Shown one piece after another: positions 16,372-24,942 of a stretch of 64,000 nt of DNA (its first letter is position 1; every line of letters starts with the position of its first letter). Source of the stretch: an uncultured Candidatus Saccharibacteria bacterium (GTDB taxonomy: Bacteria; Patescibacteriota; Minisyncoccia; Phycocordibacterales; GWA1-40-21); NCBI GenBank assembly GCA_964562105.1, contig CAZLRP010000002.1, positions 19,222-83,221 on the forward strand. Reading direction: 5' to 3'. A model generated the notes under the pieces. The model was not told the DNA's origin. It saw only the letters and a list, made by a program, of their open reading frames with translations, and ran no database searches. The position numbers and the translations under genes are program-made.

Positions 16372-16737
16372 TCAATAAGGACTATTACCACTCCATTTAT
16401 ACACATGAATAAACCCGTCGGGATCTTTCCATACCATATTCAATATTGATTTAGCTTTAATGGTAATAGAATATCTTGTCGCCAAACATGTCTCCATACC
16501 GTATTTCGGATCATCCACCGACATTTCTCTTTCACCAAGAGATTCTAAATGTAAATCTTTAGTATTACTAATGAGAAATCTTTCTTTCATCAACTTGGTA
16601 ATATAGCGATCCAGGTTTTTTTCTTTAGGAAAATTTACTATGGGAGGAACTTTTAATCCGGTCATTTTCTTTTCTTCCATCAAAAAACCATAGGAAGCAA
16701 CGTCGCTTGTAATGTACAGTACGATTTTTTTCTTCAT
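16372..16737 (-). CDS. Hypothetical protein (about 122 aa from the MKKKIVLY Met)
   Basis: ORF with a downstream 10-bp-stem hairpin (aatccgcgca...tgcgcggatt) at 16330-16365. Confidence 0.4.
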   Translation of the reverse strand: MKKKIVLYITSDVASYGFLMEEKKMTGLKVPPIVNFPKEKNLDRYITKLMKERFLISNTKDLHLESLGEREMSVDDPKYGMETCLATRYSITIKAKSILNMVWKDPDGFIHVYKWSGNSPY

Positions 16738-16808
16738 ATTAATCCCCTTTTTGCTCAATTTAATGAGTGTTTTTTGATTCAAATTACTATCTCTCTACAT
16801 TATAGCAC

Positions 16809-17468
16809 TTATAAAATATTTGTCAATAGATTTTTACAAAAATATTTCCTATGTTCAAAACAAAGACCATGTTTTTTTATGGAGTCACAATGTCTTTTCG
16901 TACCATACCCCTTGTGTATTTCAAAAGAATATTTTGGATATTTTTTCGCAAGTCTGCACATCAGAGCGTCTCTTGAAACTTTTGCAATAATTGAAGCAAA
17001 AGCTATCGCTCTTTCTTTTTCATCGCCTTTTATGATAGTTTTTTGGTTTTTGTATTTTTCCGGAGCTTTTAGTCCCCCGTCAAGTAATACCAGGCATTCT
17101 TTCGGTTTTAGTTTGAGTTTTTCTAAAGATTTTTTTAAGCAATTTTTAATCGCTTTGCTTATTCCAAATTTATCAATTTTTTGAGCGCTTTCATAACTTA
17201 CACAATAATCGATAGTTTTTTCTTTCTTAATCATTCTTAATTTTTCAAAAATTTCTTCTCTTTTTTCTGGAGTCAATTTTTTTGAATCTTTTATCCTGCC
17301 AAAGTTTTTTGTATTAAAATTCAATGGCATTTTGAAAGCACAAACTGCCACCGGGCCTGCAAGAGGCCCTCTACCCACTTCATCTATTCCCACAACAAAT
17401 TTTATTTTGGAAGCCACCCCATAAGGATTTTTTACATATATTTTTTTACTTTTCAAATTTGATTTCAT
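16809..17468 (-). CDS. rnhB: Ribonuclease HII
   Basis: FVVGIDEVGRGPLAGPVAVCAF, the RNase HII catalytic motif. Confidence 0.85.
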   Translation of the reverse strand: MKSNLKSKKIYVKNPYGVASKIKFVVGIDEVGRGPLAGPVAVCAFKMPLNFNTKNFGRIKDSKKLTPEKREEIFEKLRMIKKEKTIDYCVSYESAQKIDKFGISKAIKNCLKKSLEKLKLKPKECLVLLDGGLKAPEKYKNQKTIIKGDEKERAIAFASIIAKVSRDALMCRLAKKYPKYSFEIHKGYGTKRHCDSIKKHGLCFEHRKYFCKNLLTNIL

Positions 17469-17570
17469 ATAAATTTTAATTCGCGCATTATGTATTATTT
17501 TCCATTGAAAATCCTAACGGGGCAAGACTTTTTATTTTTCATAAACTAAAGTATTATTAATAGTAACATT

Positions 17571-20500
17571 ATGCCTAAATTTATTCATTTACATACGCAC
17601 AGTCACTACAGTTTGCTTAACGCCCTGCCTAAATTAAAAGAGCTTATTCATACAGCAAAAGATTTAGATATGCCGGCTCTTGCTTTGACAGACGCAGGAA
17701 ATATGTACGGAGCAATTGAATTTTATCAGAATTGCAAAAAGAACGGGATTAAACCGATTATCGGAGTAGATTTTTATGTCGCTGCAAGAACTCGCACTGA
17801 CAAACAAGGAGGCGTAGATAATCGCCGAACTCGCCTAGTTCTTTTAGCAAAAAATGAAATCGGCTACAAAAATCTTATAAAACTTGTCACTGATTCTTAT
17901 TTTGAAGGATTTTATTATAAGCCAAGAATAGATCGCGAGCTCATAGAAAAATATTCTGATGATTTGGTCTGCATTATGCCACATTTTTCTGGAGAAACTT
18001 CCCACGCCTTAAAAAATGGAGACATTGAAAAAGCTGAAAATATTATAAATTGGTATAAAAAAGTTTATGGGAAAGAAAATTTTTTCTTGGAAGTAACACA
18101 TCATCCTGAAATAGAAGGACAGATTGAACTCAAAGAAAAAATTATAAAATTAGCAAAAGAAACGAACACTCAGATTGTAGCAGGACACGATGTTTATTAT
18201 CTTAAACCAGAAGATAAAATGGCCCGAGATACACTTGTCCAAGTAAATTCGCATTCGGACTTTTCAGACCGAGAGCAAAAAGAAAGCGCTGATGATTTTT
18301 CTTTTATCTCATCTGAAAAAGCAGAAGAATATTTTAAAGATATTCCGAAAGCTTTGGAAAACACGCTTAAGATTGCGGATATGTGTAATATTGAAATAAA
18401 GCTTGGTAAAGAAGCGTGGGTATTTCCAGACTTTGTAGTAGAAAGTGGCCTTACACACGATGAAGAATTAAAAAGGCTCACATATCTTGGCATAGATAAA
18501 AGAAATCTTTCGCATTCAAAAGAAGTTATAGATAGAGTTGAATACGAACTTAAAATCATCAAAGATAAGGGTTATTCAAAATATTTTCTTGTGGTATCCG
18601 ACTTGTTACGTTTTTCTGCAGAAAATGGAATCTATACGAACATCAGAGGTTCGGTCGCAGGATCAATCGTCACATATCTCACCGGCATTACAAAAGTAAA
18701 TCCGCTTGAATACAAACTTCCCTTCGAAAGATTCCTTAATCCTGAAAGACCTTCGGCACCCGATATTGATATGGACTTCGCCGACAACAGACGAGACGAC
18801 GTCATAAATTATACAAGACAAAAATATGGAAAAGATAATGTCGCACAAATTGGAACTTTCGGTACGATGATGGCTCGAGGTGCCGTCCGAGATGTTGCAA
18901 GAGCAATGGGCTTTCCGCTTCCCCTTGCCGATAAAATTGCCAAACTTGTGCCTTTGGGCGCGCAAGGTTTTCCGATGACCCTCAAAAAAGCACTTAGAGA
19001 TGTTCCGGAACTTAAAGAAATGTATGATAACAATAAAGATACAAAAACTATCATAGATATGGCAGAAAAAATTGAGGGATGTGCACGACATATTTCTGTT
19101 CACGCAGCCGGAGTTGTAATAGCACCAACAGCACTTACAAAGTATGTTCCGCTTCAATATGATCCTAAAGGCGAAGGGAAAATTATCACTCAATATGACA
19201 TGCACACCGTCGGTGAAGACGGCGTTGGACTTTTGAAATTTGATTTTCTTGGAATAAAAAATCTTTCAATACTTGCTGATGCCGTAGACAGAGTTAAAAA
19301 AATTGAAAATATAGATTTGGATATTGAAGCTATCCCACTTGATGATAAATTGACTTTTGAAATGCTTGCCCGTGGAGAAACCACCGGTCTTTTTCAGCTT
19401 AACGGCTCTGGAATGACAAAATATCTGAAAGATTTGAAACCAACAACTATCCATGATATCAACGCTATGGTTGCTCTTTATCGCCCAGGACCTATTGAAA
19501 TGATCCCCGAATATATAGACAGAAAACATCATCCTGAAAAAATAAAATATCTTGATCCGCGACTTAAAGAAATTCTTGATCAATCTTACGGGGTTATTAC
19601 ATATCAGGACGACGTCATGCTTACTGCTATAAAACTCGCGGGATATTCTTGGCTTGAAGCAGACAAACTTAGAAAAGCTATGGGTAAAAAAATCCCCGCA
19701 GAAATGCAAGCTCAGAAAGAAAAACTCTTAAAAGGTTTTGTTGAACACGGACTCACTGAGAAAAAAGCAGACACTCTTTGGAAACTCATTGAACCTTTTG
19801 CCGCTTACGGATTCAACAAAGCTCACGCTGCAAGTTATGGAAGAGTTTCTTATCAAACCGCTTATATGAAAGCAAACTTCCCCGCAATTTACATGTCTTC
19901 CGTGCTTACAGCAGATTCAGGGGATGTAGAAAAAATCGGCGAATTTATAACAGACTGCAAAAAAATGGGGATTCCAGTATTACCTCCATCCGTCAATGAA
20001 AGCTTCAGCGATTTCACTGTTGTAAAAACTCCTAGTGTAAGTCCACACGGAACTGGGCCAGATAGAGATAAAATTCGTTTTGGTCTTACAACAATTAAAA
20101 ATTTCGGTGAAGGAATTTCAAAAACCATTATTCACGAAAGAAAAGCAAAAGGTAAATTTAAATCTCTTTCAGATTTTCTTGAAAGAATTCAGACTAAAGA
20201 TATGAATAAGAGATCTCTTGAAGCTCTTATAAAAACCGGTGCACTTGATGACCTGCCTGCGCAGTCAGGATTTGCAGATAGAGGTGTCATGCTCGCAAAT
20301 ATGGAAAATCTTTTGAGATACAATAAAGAAGTAAGTAAACGAGACCAAAATCAGGATTCCCTTTTTGGAATTTTTGATGGTAATAACACACCAGATGACA
20401 CAAAAAAATATGAGGCCTTTACTCTTGAATCCGCAGAAAAAGCTACAATGAAAGACAAGCTCGCTTGGGAAAAAGACTTGCTCGGACTTTATATTTCTGG

Positions 20501-20843
20501 TCATCCTCTTGATAAATACAGAGCCACTTTGGAAAAACAGCCGATAAACATAAAAAGAATTATAGAAGAAACAGAAACTGTCAAAAAAGAAATTGATGGT
20601 GGCAAACCAATCGGTGGAATCATAGAAGAGGTTCGAGAAATTATGACAAAAAATAATGAGCCCATGGCTTTCATCAAAATTGCTGATTTCACCGGTTCAA
20701 TTGACGCTGTGGTCTTCCCAAGAACTTATTCACAATTTAAATCCGCCATCGCTCCCGATAAATGTATCGCAGCAATATGCAAAGTTTCAGAAAGAAATGG
20801 AGAAATAAGTTTGATTATTGAGAGGTTAAAGGTTTTGGAATAG
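17571..20843 (+). CDS. dnaE: DNA polymerase III alpha subunit
   Basis: PHP domain FIHLHTHSHYSLLNALPK, polymerase core, OB-fold C-terminus. 1090 aa. Confidence 0.9.
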   Translation: MPKFIHLHTHSHYSLLNALPKLKELIHTAKDLDMPALALTDAGNMYGAIEFYQNCKKNGIKPIIGVDFYVAARTRTDKQGGVDNRRTRLVLLAKNEIGYKNLIKLVTDSYFEGFYYKPRIDRELIEKYSDDLVCIMPHFSGETSHALKNGDIEKAENIINWYKKVYGKENFFLEVTHHPEIEGQIELKEKIIKLAKETNTQIVAGHDVYYLKPEDKMARDTLVQVNSHSDFSDREQKESADDFSFISSEKAEEYFKDIPKALENTLKIADMCNIEIKLGKEAWVFPDFVVESGLTHDEELKRLTYLGIDKRNLSHSKEVIDRVEYELKIIKDKGYSKYFLVVSDLLRFSAENGIYTNIRGSVAGSIVTYLTGITKVNPLEYKLPFERFLNPERPSAPDIDMDFADNRRDDVINYTRQKYGKDNVAQIGTFGTMMARGAVRDVARAMGFPLPLADKIAKLVPLGAQGFPMTLKKALRDVPELKEMYDNNKDTKTIIDMAEKIEGCARHISVHAAGVVIAPTALTKYVPLQYDPKGEGKIITQYDMHTVGEDGVGLLKFDFLGIKNLSILADAVDRVKKIENIDLDIEAIPLDDKLTFEMLARGETTGLFQLNGSGMTKYLKDLKPTTIHDINAMVALYRPGPIEMIPEYIDRKHHPEKIKYLDPRLKEILDQSYGVITYQDDVMLTAIKLAGYSWLEADKLRKAMGKKIPAEMQAQKEKLLKGFVEHGLTEKKADTLWKLIEPFAAYGFNKAHAASYGRVSYQTAYMKANFPAIYMSSVLTADSGDVEKIGEFITDCKKMGIPVLPPSVNESFSDFTVVKTPSVSPHGTGPDRDKIRFGLTTIKNFGEGISKTIIHERKAKGKFKSLSDFLERIQTKDMNKRSLEALIKTGALDDLPAQSGFADRGVMLANMENLLRYNKEVSKRDQNQDSLFGIFDGNNTPDDTKKYEAFTLESAEKATMKDKLAWEKDLLGLYISGHPLDKYRATLEKQPINIKRIIEETETVKKEIDGGKPIGGIIEEVREIMTKNNEPMAFIKIADFTGSIDAVVFPRTYSQFKSAIAPDKCIAAICKVSERNGEISLIIERLKVLE

Positions 20844-20846
20844 TAT

Positions 20847-20875
20847 TTGACTTATAAAACTCAATTGACTATCAT
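20847..20875 (+). promoter_or_regulatory. Sigma70-like promoter TTGACT-17-TATCAT for the thrS leader
   Basis: TTGACT at 20847-20852 and TATCAT at 20870-20875, 17-bp spacer. Confidence 0.5.
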
Positions 20876-20881
20876 AGACAC

Positions 20882-21042
20882 ATAGAAATTGGTGGCTACC
20901 AACCACAATTATGACGATTTCTATATTAAAAGAGAACTCTGCTTCGCATGAAGCTACGCAGGGCAAGAAATCGGGTGGAACCGCGAGTAGAATCGCCCCG
21001 ACAAAAAACGATAACTCGTTTTTTGTCGGGGCTGTTTTATTT
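20882..21042 (+). ncRNA. T-box riboswitch leader (tRNA-Thr-responsive by context) with terminator/antiterminator
   Basis: Conserved T-box sequence AAATCGGGTGGAACCGCGAG at 20968-20987. Immediately followed by a terminator (ccccgacaaaaaacga...tcgttttttgtcgggg + T-run, 20996-21042). Stem-I-like helix ATAGAAAT/ATTTCTAT (20882-20924) with ACC-A and ACG-A candidate specifiers. Upstream of thrS. Confidence 0.7.
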
Positions 21043-21079
21043 AAACATACGAATATACAAATATTACTAATGGTACAAA

Positions 21080-21158
21080 TGGCTACAAATAATTAATTCG
21101 TTTCGAATTTATTCGTAGCCATTCGTATCATTCGCATAATTCGTTAATTCGTAATAAC
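21080..21158 (+). promoter_or_regulatory. ATTCGTA heptamer direct-repeat array (motif copy A) in the thrS 5' region
   Basis: attcgtt..attcgtagcc attcgtatc attcgcata attcgtta attcgtaa with about 9-10 bp spacing, plus a flanking near-IR ATGGCTACAAATAA / TTATTCGTAGCCAT. Homologous to 29404-29449 and 36193-36250. Confidence 0.55.
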
Positions 21159-21169
21159 ATCATAAAAAT

Positions 21170-22960
21170 ATGGAAAACGAAAAATTACACAGAATGAGAC
21201 ACTCGCTCGCCCACATACTTGGCGCAGCTGTTATCGAATTGTATCCTGATGTAAAAATAGCAACAGGTCCAGCAATTGAAAACGGTTTTTATTATGATTT
21301 TGATTTTTCCGCACCGATTACAGACAAAGACCTTGGAAAAATTGAGCAAAAAATACGTGAACTTTCAAAAAAAATAAAATCTTTTGATAAAGCAGAAATT
21401 TCGGAGAATGATGCAAAGAAACTTTTCGCAGACAATCCATATAAACTTGAGCTTATAGATGAATATGCAAAAGACGGAAAAACTCTTACTGCTTATACTT
21501 CGGGAGATTTTACAGACCTTTGCGCAGGCCCTCACGTAGAAAGTATGGATGAAATTAAAAATAGCGCTTGGAAACTTGAAAGGCTTGCCGGAGCATATTG
21601 GAAAGGAGATGAAAACAATAAAATGCTTACAAGAATTTACGGCTTAGCATTTCCAACAAAAGAAGAACTTGATGCATACGAAAAACAACAAGAAGAAGCT
21701 AAGAAAAGAGATCATAGAAAGCTTGGAAAAGATTTAGATCTTTTTCACATGGATGAAAAAGTTGGGCTCGGTCTCCCTTTATGGCATCCAAAAGGAGCTA
21801 TGCTATGGAGAATCATTGAAGATTTTTGGTATCAGGAGCATCTCAAAAATGACTACGATTTAGTAAGAAGCCCGCATATAGGTAAAAAAGAATTATGGGA
21901 AACATCAGGTCATTGGGGTTTTTATAATTCAAGCATGTATCCTCCGCTTGAAGCAGGACAAACATTGAAAGAAAAACAGGAAGGTAAAAAAATTGAACAT
22001 TCTGAGGAATACTTACTTAAACCAATGAATTGTCCTTTTCATGTTCAGATATATAAAAACAGTCCAAAATCCTACAGAGAATTCCCTTTCAGATGGGCAG
22101 AATGTGGAACGGTTTACAGATTTGAGAAAAAAGGTGAACTTTCCGGACTAACTAGAGTAAGAGGATTCACACAAGACGACGCACACATACTTTGTAGAAA
22201 AGATCAGGTTGAAGATGAATTAAAAAGAGTCATTGATTTTATTTTATTTATTTATAAATCTTTTGGTTTTGATATTAGTTCAGTAAAGGTATTTCTTTCT
22301 TTGAGAGATCCAAATAATAAAGAAAAATATGCCGGTAATGATGAAGGTTGGGATTTTACTGAAGAAGTTTTAAGAAAAGTTGCCATAGAGAAAAAACTTG
22401 ATTTTGCAGAAGAAAAAGGAGAAGCGGCATTTTATGGACCAAAACTTGATTTTAAAGTCAAAGATGCTCTAGGAAGATTGTGGCAATGTTCCACACTACA
22501 ATTTGATTTTAATTTGCCTGAAAGATTTGATCTAACATTCATGAATTCAAAAAGCGAACAAGAAAGACCATACATGCTTCATAGAGCTCTCTTTGGAAGC
22601 TTTGAAAGATTTATAGGACTACTCATTGAACATTATTCTGGTGCATTCCCTCTCTGGCTCGCACCCGTGCAAATAAAAATAGTTCCGATAAGAGAAAATC
22701 ATAACGAGCATGCAGAAAAAATTTCTAAGGAACTAAAAGATGCTGGGTTCAGAGTAGATTGCGATACAAAAGAAGGAAATATGGGAGGAAAAGTTCGCGA
22801 TGCAAAAAATAATAAAATTCCTTATACGATAATCATCGGAGACAAAGATATTGAAGCTAAAAAAATATCAGTGGAATCAAGAGATAAAGGACAGCTCGGT
22901 CAGATGGATTTGAAAGATTTTATTGAAAAGATTGAAAAAGAAAAGGAAAACAGAGAGTAA
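21170..22960 (+). CDS. thrS: Threonyl-tRNA synthetase (lacks N-terminal TGS domain)
   Basis: HSLAHILGAAV editing-domain start, class-II core (FRWAECGTVYRFE, GFTQDDAHI), C-terminal anticodon-binding domain. Confidence 0.9.
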   Translation: MENEKLHRMRHSLAHILGAAVIELYPDVKIATGPAIENGFYYDFDFSAPITDKDLGKIEQKIRELSKKIKSFDKAEISENDAKKLFADNPYKLELIDEYAKDGKTLTAYTSGDFTDLCAGPHVESMDEIKNSAWKLERLAGAYWKGDENNKMLTRIYGLAFPTKEELDAYEKQQEEAKKRDHRKLGKDLDLFHMDEKVGLGLPLWHPKGAMLWRIIEDFWYQEHLKNDYDLVRSPHIGKKELWETSGHWGFYNSSMYPPLEAGQTLKEKQEGKKIEHSEEYLLKPMNCPFHVQIYKNSPKSYREFPFRWAECGTVYRFEKKGELSGLTRVRGFTQDDAHILCRKDQVEDELKRVIDFILFIYKSFGFDISSVKVFLSLRDPNNKEKYAGNDEGWDFTEEVLRKVAIEKKLDFAEEKGEAAFYGPKLDFKVKDALGRLWQCSTLQFDFNLPERFDLTFMNSKSEQERPYMLHRALFGSFERFIGLLIEHYSGAFPLWLAPVQIKIVPIRENHNEHAEKISKELKDAGFRVDCDTKEGNMGGKVRDAKNNKIPYTIIIGDKDIEAKKISVESRDKGQLGQMDLKDFIEKIEKEKENRE

Positions 22961-23008
22961 AAAAGGCGGTTCTGCGCAGCTTTATGCGAAGCAGAACCGC
23001 CTTTTTTA
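22961..23008. terminator. Intrinsic terminator ggcggttctgcgcagctttatgcgaagcagaaccgcc (near-identical copy at 24858-24894)
   Basis: 11-bp GC-rich stem flanked by A-run and T-run, after the thrS stop. Confidence 0.7.
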
Positions 23009-23016
23009 TTACTTTT

Positions 23017-23664
23017 TTAATTGTTAGTCAAACTTTTTTTAGCTACAAATTCAGACTTCACAACATATCTGTCGGTGTTATCGGATTTCGTACTAAAATT
23101 ATTACATGTAGAGATGGTCAGTATCTTACTTTTAGTATTGAACTCAACCATTGCTTTATCAGCGCTTTCCACTGATACAGACAAAACTTTATATACATAT
23201 TCATACTTATCCGAAAAAACATGGACTAAATCTCCTTGTTTCAAATTCTGCAATCCATTAAATGTTTTATATGCTTGATTATTAACAAGCTTGATTCCCG
23301 TGCTATGACCAAAAAGAAAAATATTTCCGCTCCCTCCTAAAAGTCCGGAGCCTGGATATCTTACTGCGCCTTTCAAAAGATAATCATTGAGTACTTCTAT
23401 ACTTGTAGTAGCGGGATTATAGATTTGAGAATCTACACCAATAGCGGGAATTTTTATATTAAGAGGCAATTCTCCAATTTGATTGCCTTTAAAATCTTGT
23501 CCTGGCTCTCTACCAAAAATTGATTTTAGTTGTTCTGGCACTAAATTAAAAAAATATAACGTGGAAAAAGTAAGAATTAATATAATAAAAAGATTAACAA
23601 AAAAATAGCCTTTGTTTTTTGAGATTAACTCTATAATTCCCTGCTTTTGCTGTTTATTGTCCAT
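23017..23664 (-). CDS. Sortase family transpeptidase
   Basis: N-terminal signal-anchor, LFGHS (His), LTISTC (Cys), conserved Arg region. Confidence 0.7.
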   Translation of the reverse strand: MDNKQQKQGIIELISKNKGYFFVNLFIILILTFSTLYFFNLVPEQLKSIFGREPGQDFKGNQIGELPLNIKIPAIGVDSQIYNPATTSIEVLNDYLLKGAVRYPGSGLLGGSGNIFLFGHSTGIKLVNNQAYKTFNGLQNLKQGDLVHVFSDKYEYVYKVLSVSVESADKAMVEFNTKSKILTISTCNNFSTKSDNTDRYVVKSEFVAKKSLTNN

Positions 23665-23772
23665 TAATGTTAAATTAAACTTCTATTGTTAGGATTATGT
23701 TAGCATCTTGACACTGAAAGTCAAGTGGTGTACAGTAGTAGCGAACTAATTTAGCGAATTAATAATAAAACT

Positions 23773-24813
23773 ATGAATAATAAAGAAACAGAAAACAGAA
23801 AAACATTATACGAAAAAGCCGAAGAAGCATTCGGTACTGCTCTGATGTCAGCGGGAATCGTTCTTGTTGTATTATTTTTGCTTTGGATTCCTCTTAAGCT
23901 TATTCCGGCTATATATAGCCGTGGTACAAACTACGTGTCCACTTCCCTATCATCTTTATTTATTTCTGGAGATGCAACTTCAACTCAGCAAAATATAACA
24001 AATACAAATACGCCTGTAAAAACAAACAGCAATCCAACTGTAAATACAAGCGTAACATCAAATACAAAAACGACTTATTCTAATATTCAAGTACAAAAAA
24101 CTTACTATGGCAAACCAGATCTGCAAATTACTCTCATAGGTACAGGTATTATAGATCCAGCATCTGGACAATTTACTTTGACAAATTATGCAGGATTTAA
24201 CGATGAAATCGCCATAAGATTTGAAGTAAAAAATATAGGAACAAATATTTCTGGTCCATGGAAACTTAGAATTAATACCCCTTCAAGAACAACTCCTTAT
24301 TATGATTCTGCCTATCAAACTTCTATAAAACCAGGAGACAGAATTATTTTTACAACAAGTTTCAATAGCCCTACAGCTACAGGCATTAATACAGCTTATA
24401 TTACAGCCGACCCATTAAATGTGGTTAATGAAATTTCTGAAAGCAATAATCAGATCACAGTTCCCATCAAAATTGAAGGTACTTCATATAGTTACAACAA
24501 TAATTACAACTACGGAAGCTATGTTGCAACACCAAATCTTCCTTACGGTACTTTATTTACATGGACAAATATAAATGCAAATTGTTATGCCAATCCTCAA
24601 ACATCATATCCGGGTAGTCCAATAACATGGTACGCCACGGCTTCGGGAGGAAACGGATATTTCACATACTCTTGGAGCGGGTCAGATTCATTGAACGGAA
24701 ATCAAAGCGCTGTTTCAAAAATATATTATTATTCAGGGACAAGAACAGCGAGAGTTACAGTAACTTCAAATGGCCAATCGGTAACGACACAATGCAGTGC
24801 GTACATTTACTAA
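23773..24813 (+). CDS. Secreted/membrane-anchored Thr/Asn-rich protein with CARDB-like segment
   Basis: N-terminal TM, low-complexity T/N/S region, ADPLNVVNEISESNNQ. No LPXTG seen. Confidence 0.55.
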   Translation: MNNKETENRKTLYEKAEEAFGTALMSAGIVLVVLFLLWIPLKLIPAIYSRGTNYVSTSLSSLFISGDATSTQQNITNTNTPVKTNSNPTVNTSVTSNTKTTYSNIQVQKTYYGKPDLQITLIGTGIIDPASGQFTLTNYAGFNDEIAIRFEVKNIGTNISGPWKLRINTPSRTTPYYDSAYQTSIKPGDRIIFTTSFNSPTATGINTAYITADPLNVVNEISESNNQITVPIKIEGTSYSYNNNYNYGSYVATPNLPYGTLFTWTNINANCYANPQTSYPGSPITWYATASGGNGYFTYSWSGSDSLNGNQSAVSKIYYYSGTRTARVTVTSNGQSVTTQCSAYIY

Positions 24814-24852
24814 AAATAGAAGGTAGAATATAGGATATAGAAAATATAAATA

Positions 24853-24900
24853 CAAAAGGCGGTTCTGCGTAGCTTTATGCGAAGCAGAACCGCCTTTTGT
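24853..24900. terminator. Intrinsic terminator ggcggttctgcgtagctttatgcgaagcagaaccgcc (1-nt variant of the 22965-23001 hairpin)
   Basis: Between convergent genes 23773..24813(+) and gyrB(-). Confidence 0.7.
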
Positions 24901-24942
24901 ATTTTGCATTGAATTTCCTATCTTCTACCTTTTACATTCTGT

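Noticed and set aside
18197-19709. Several minus-strand ORFs (121-180 aa) listed inside the dnaE region
   Set aside because: They lie antisense within a well-supported 1090-aa dnaE CDS, with low-complexity translations. They are shadow ORFs.
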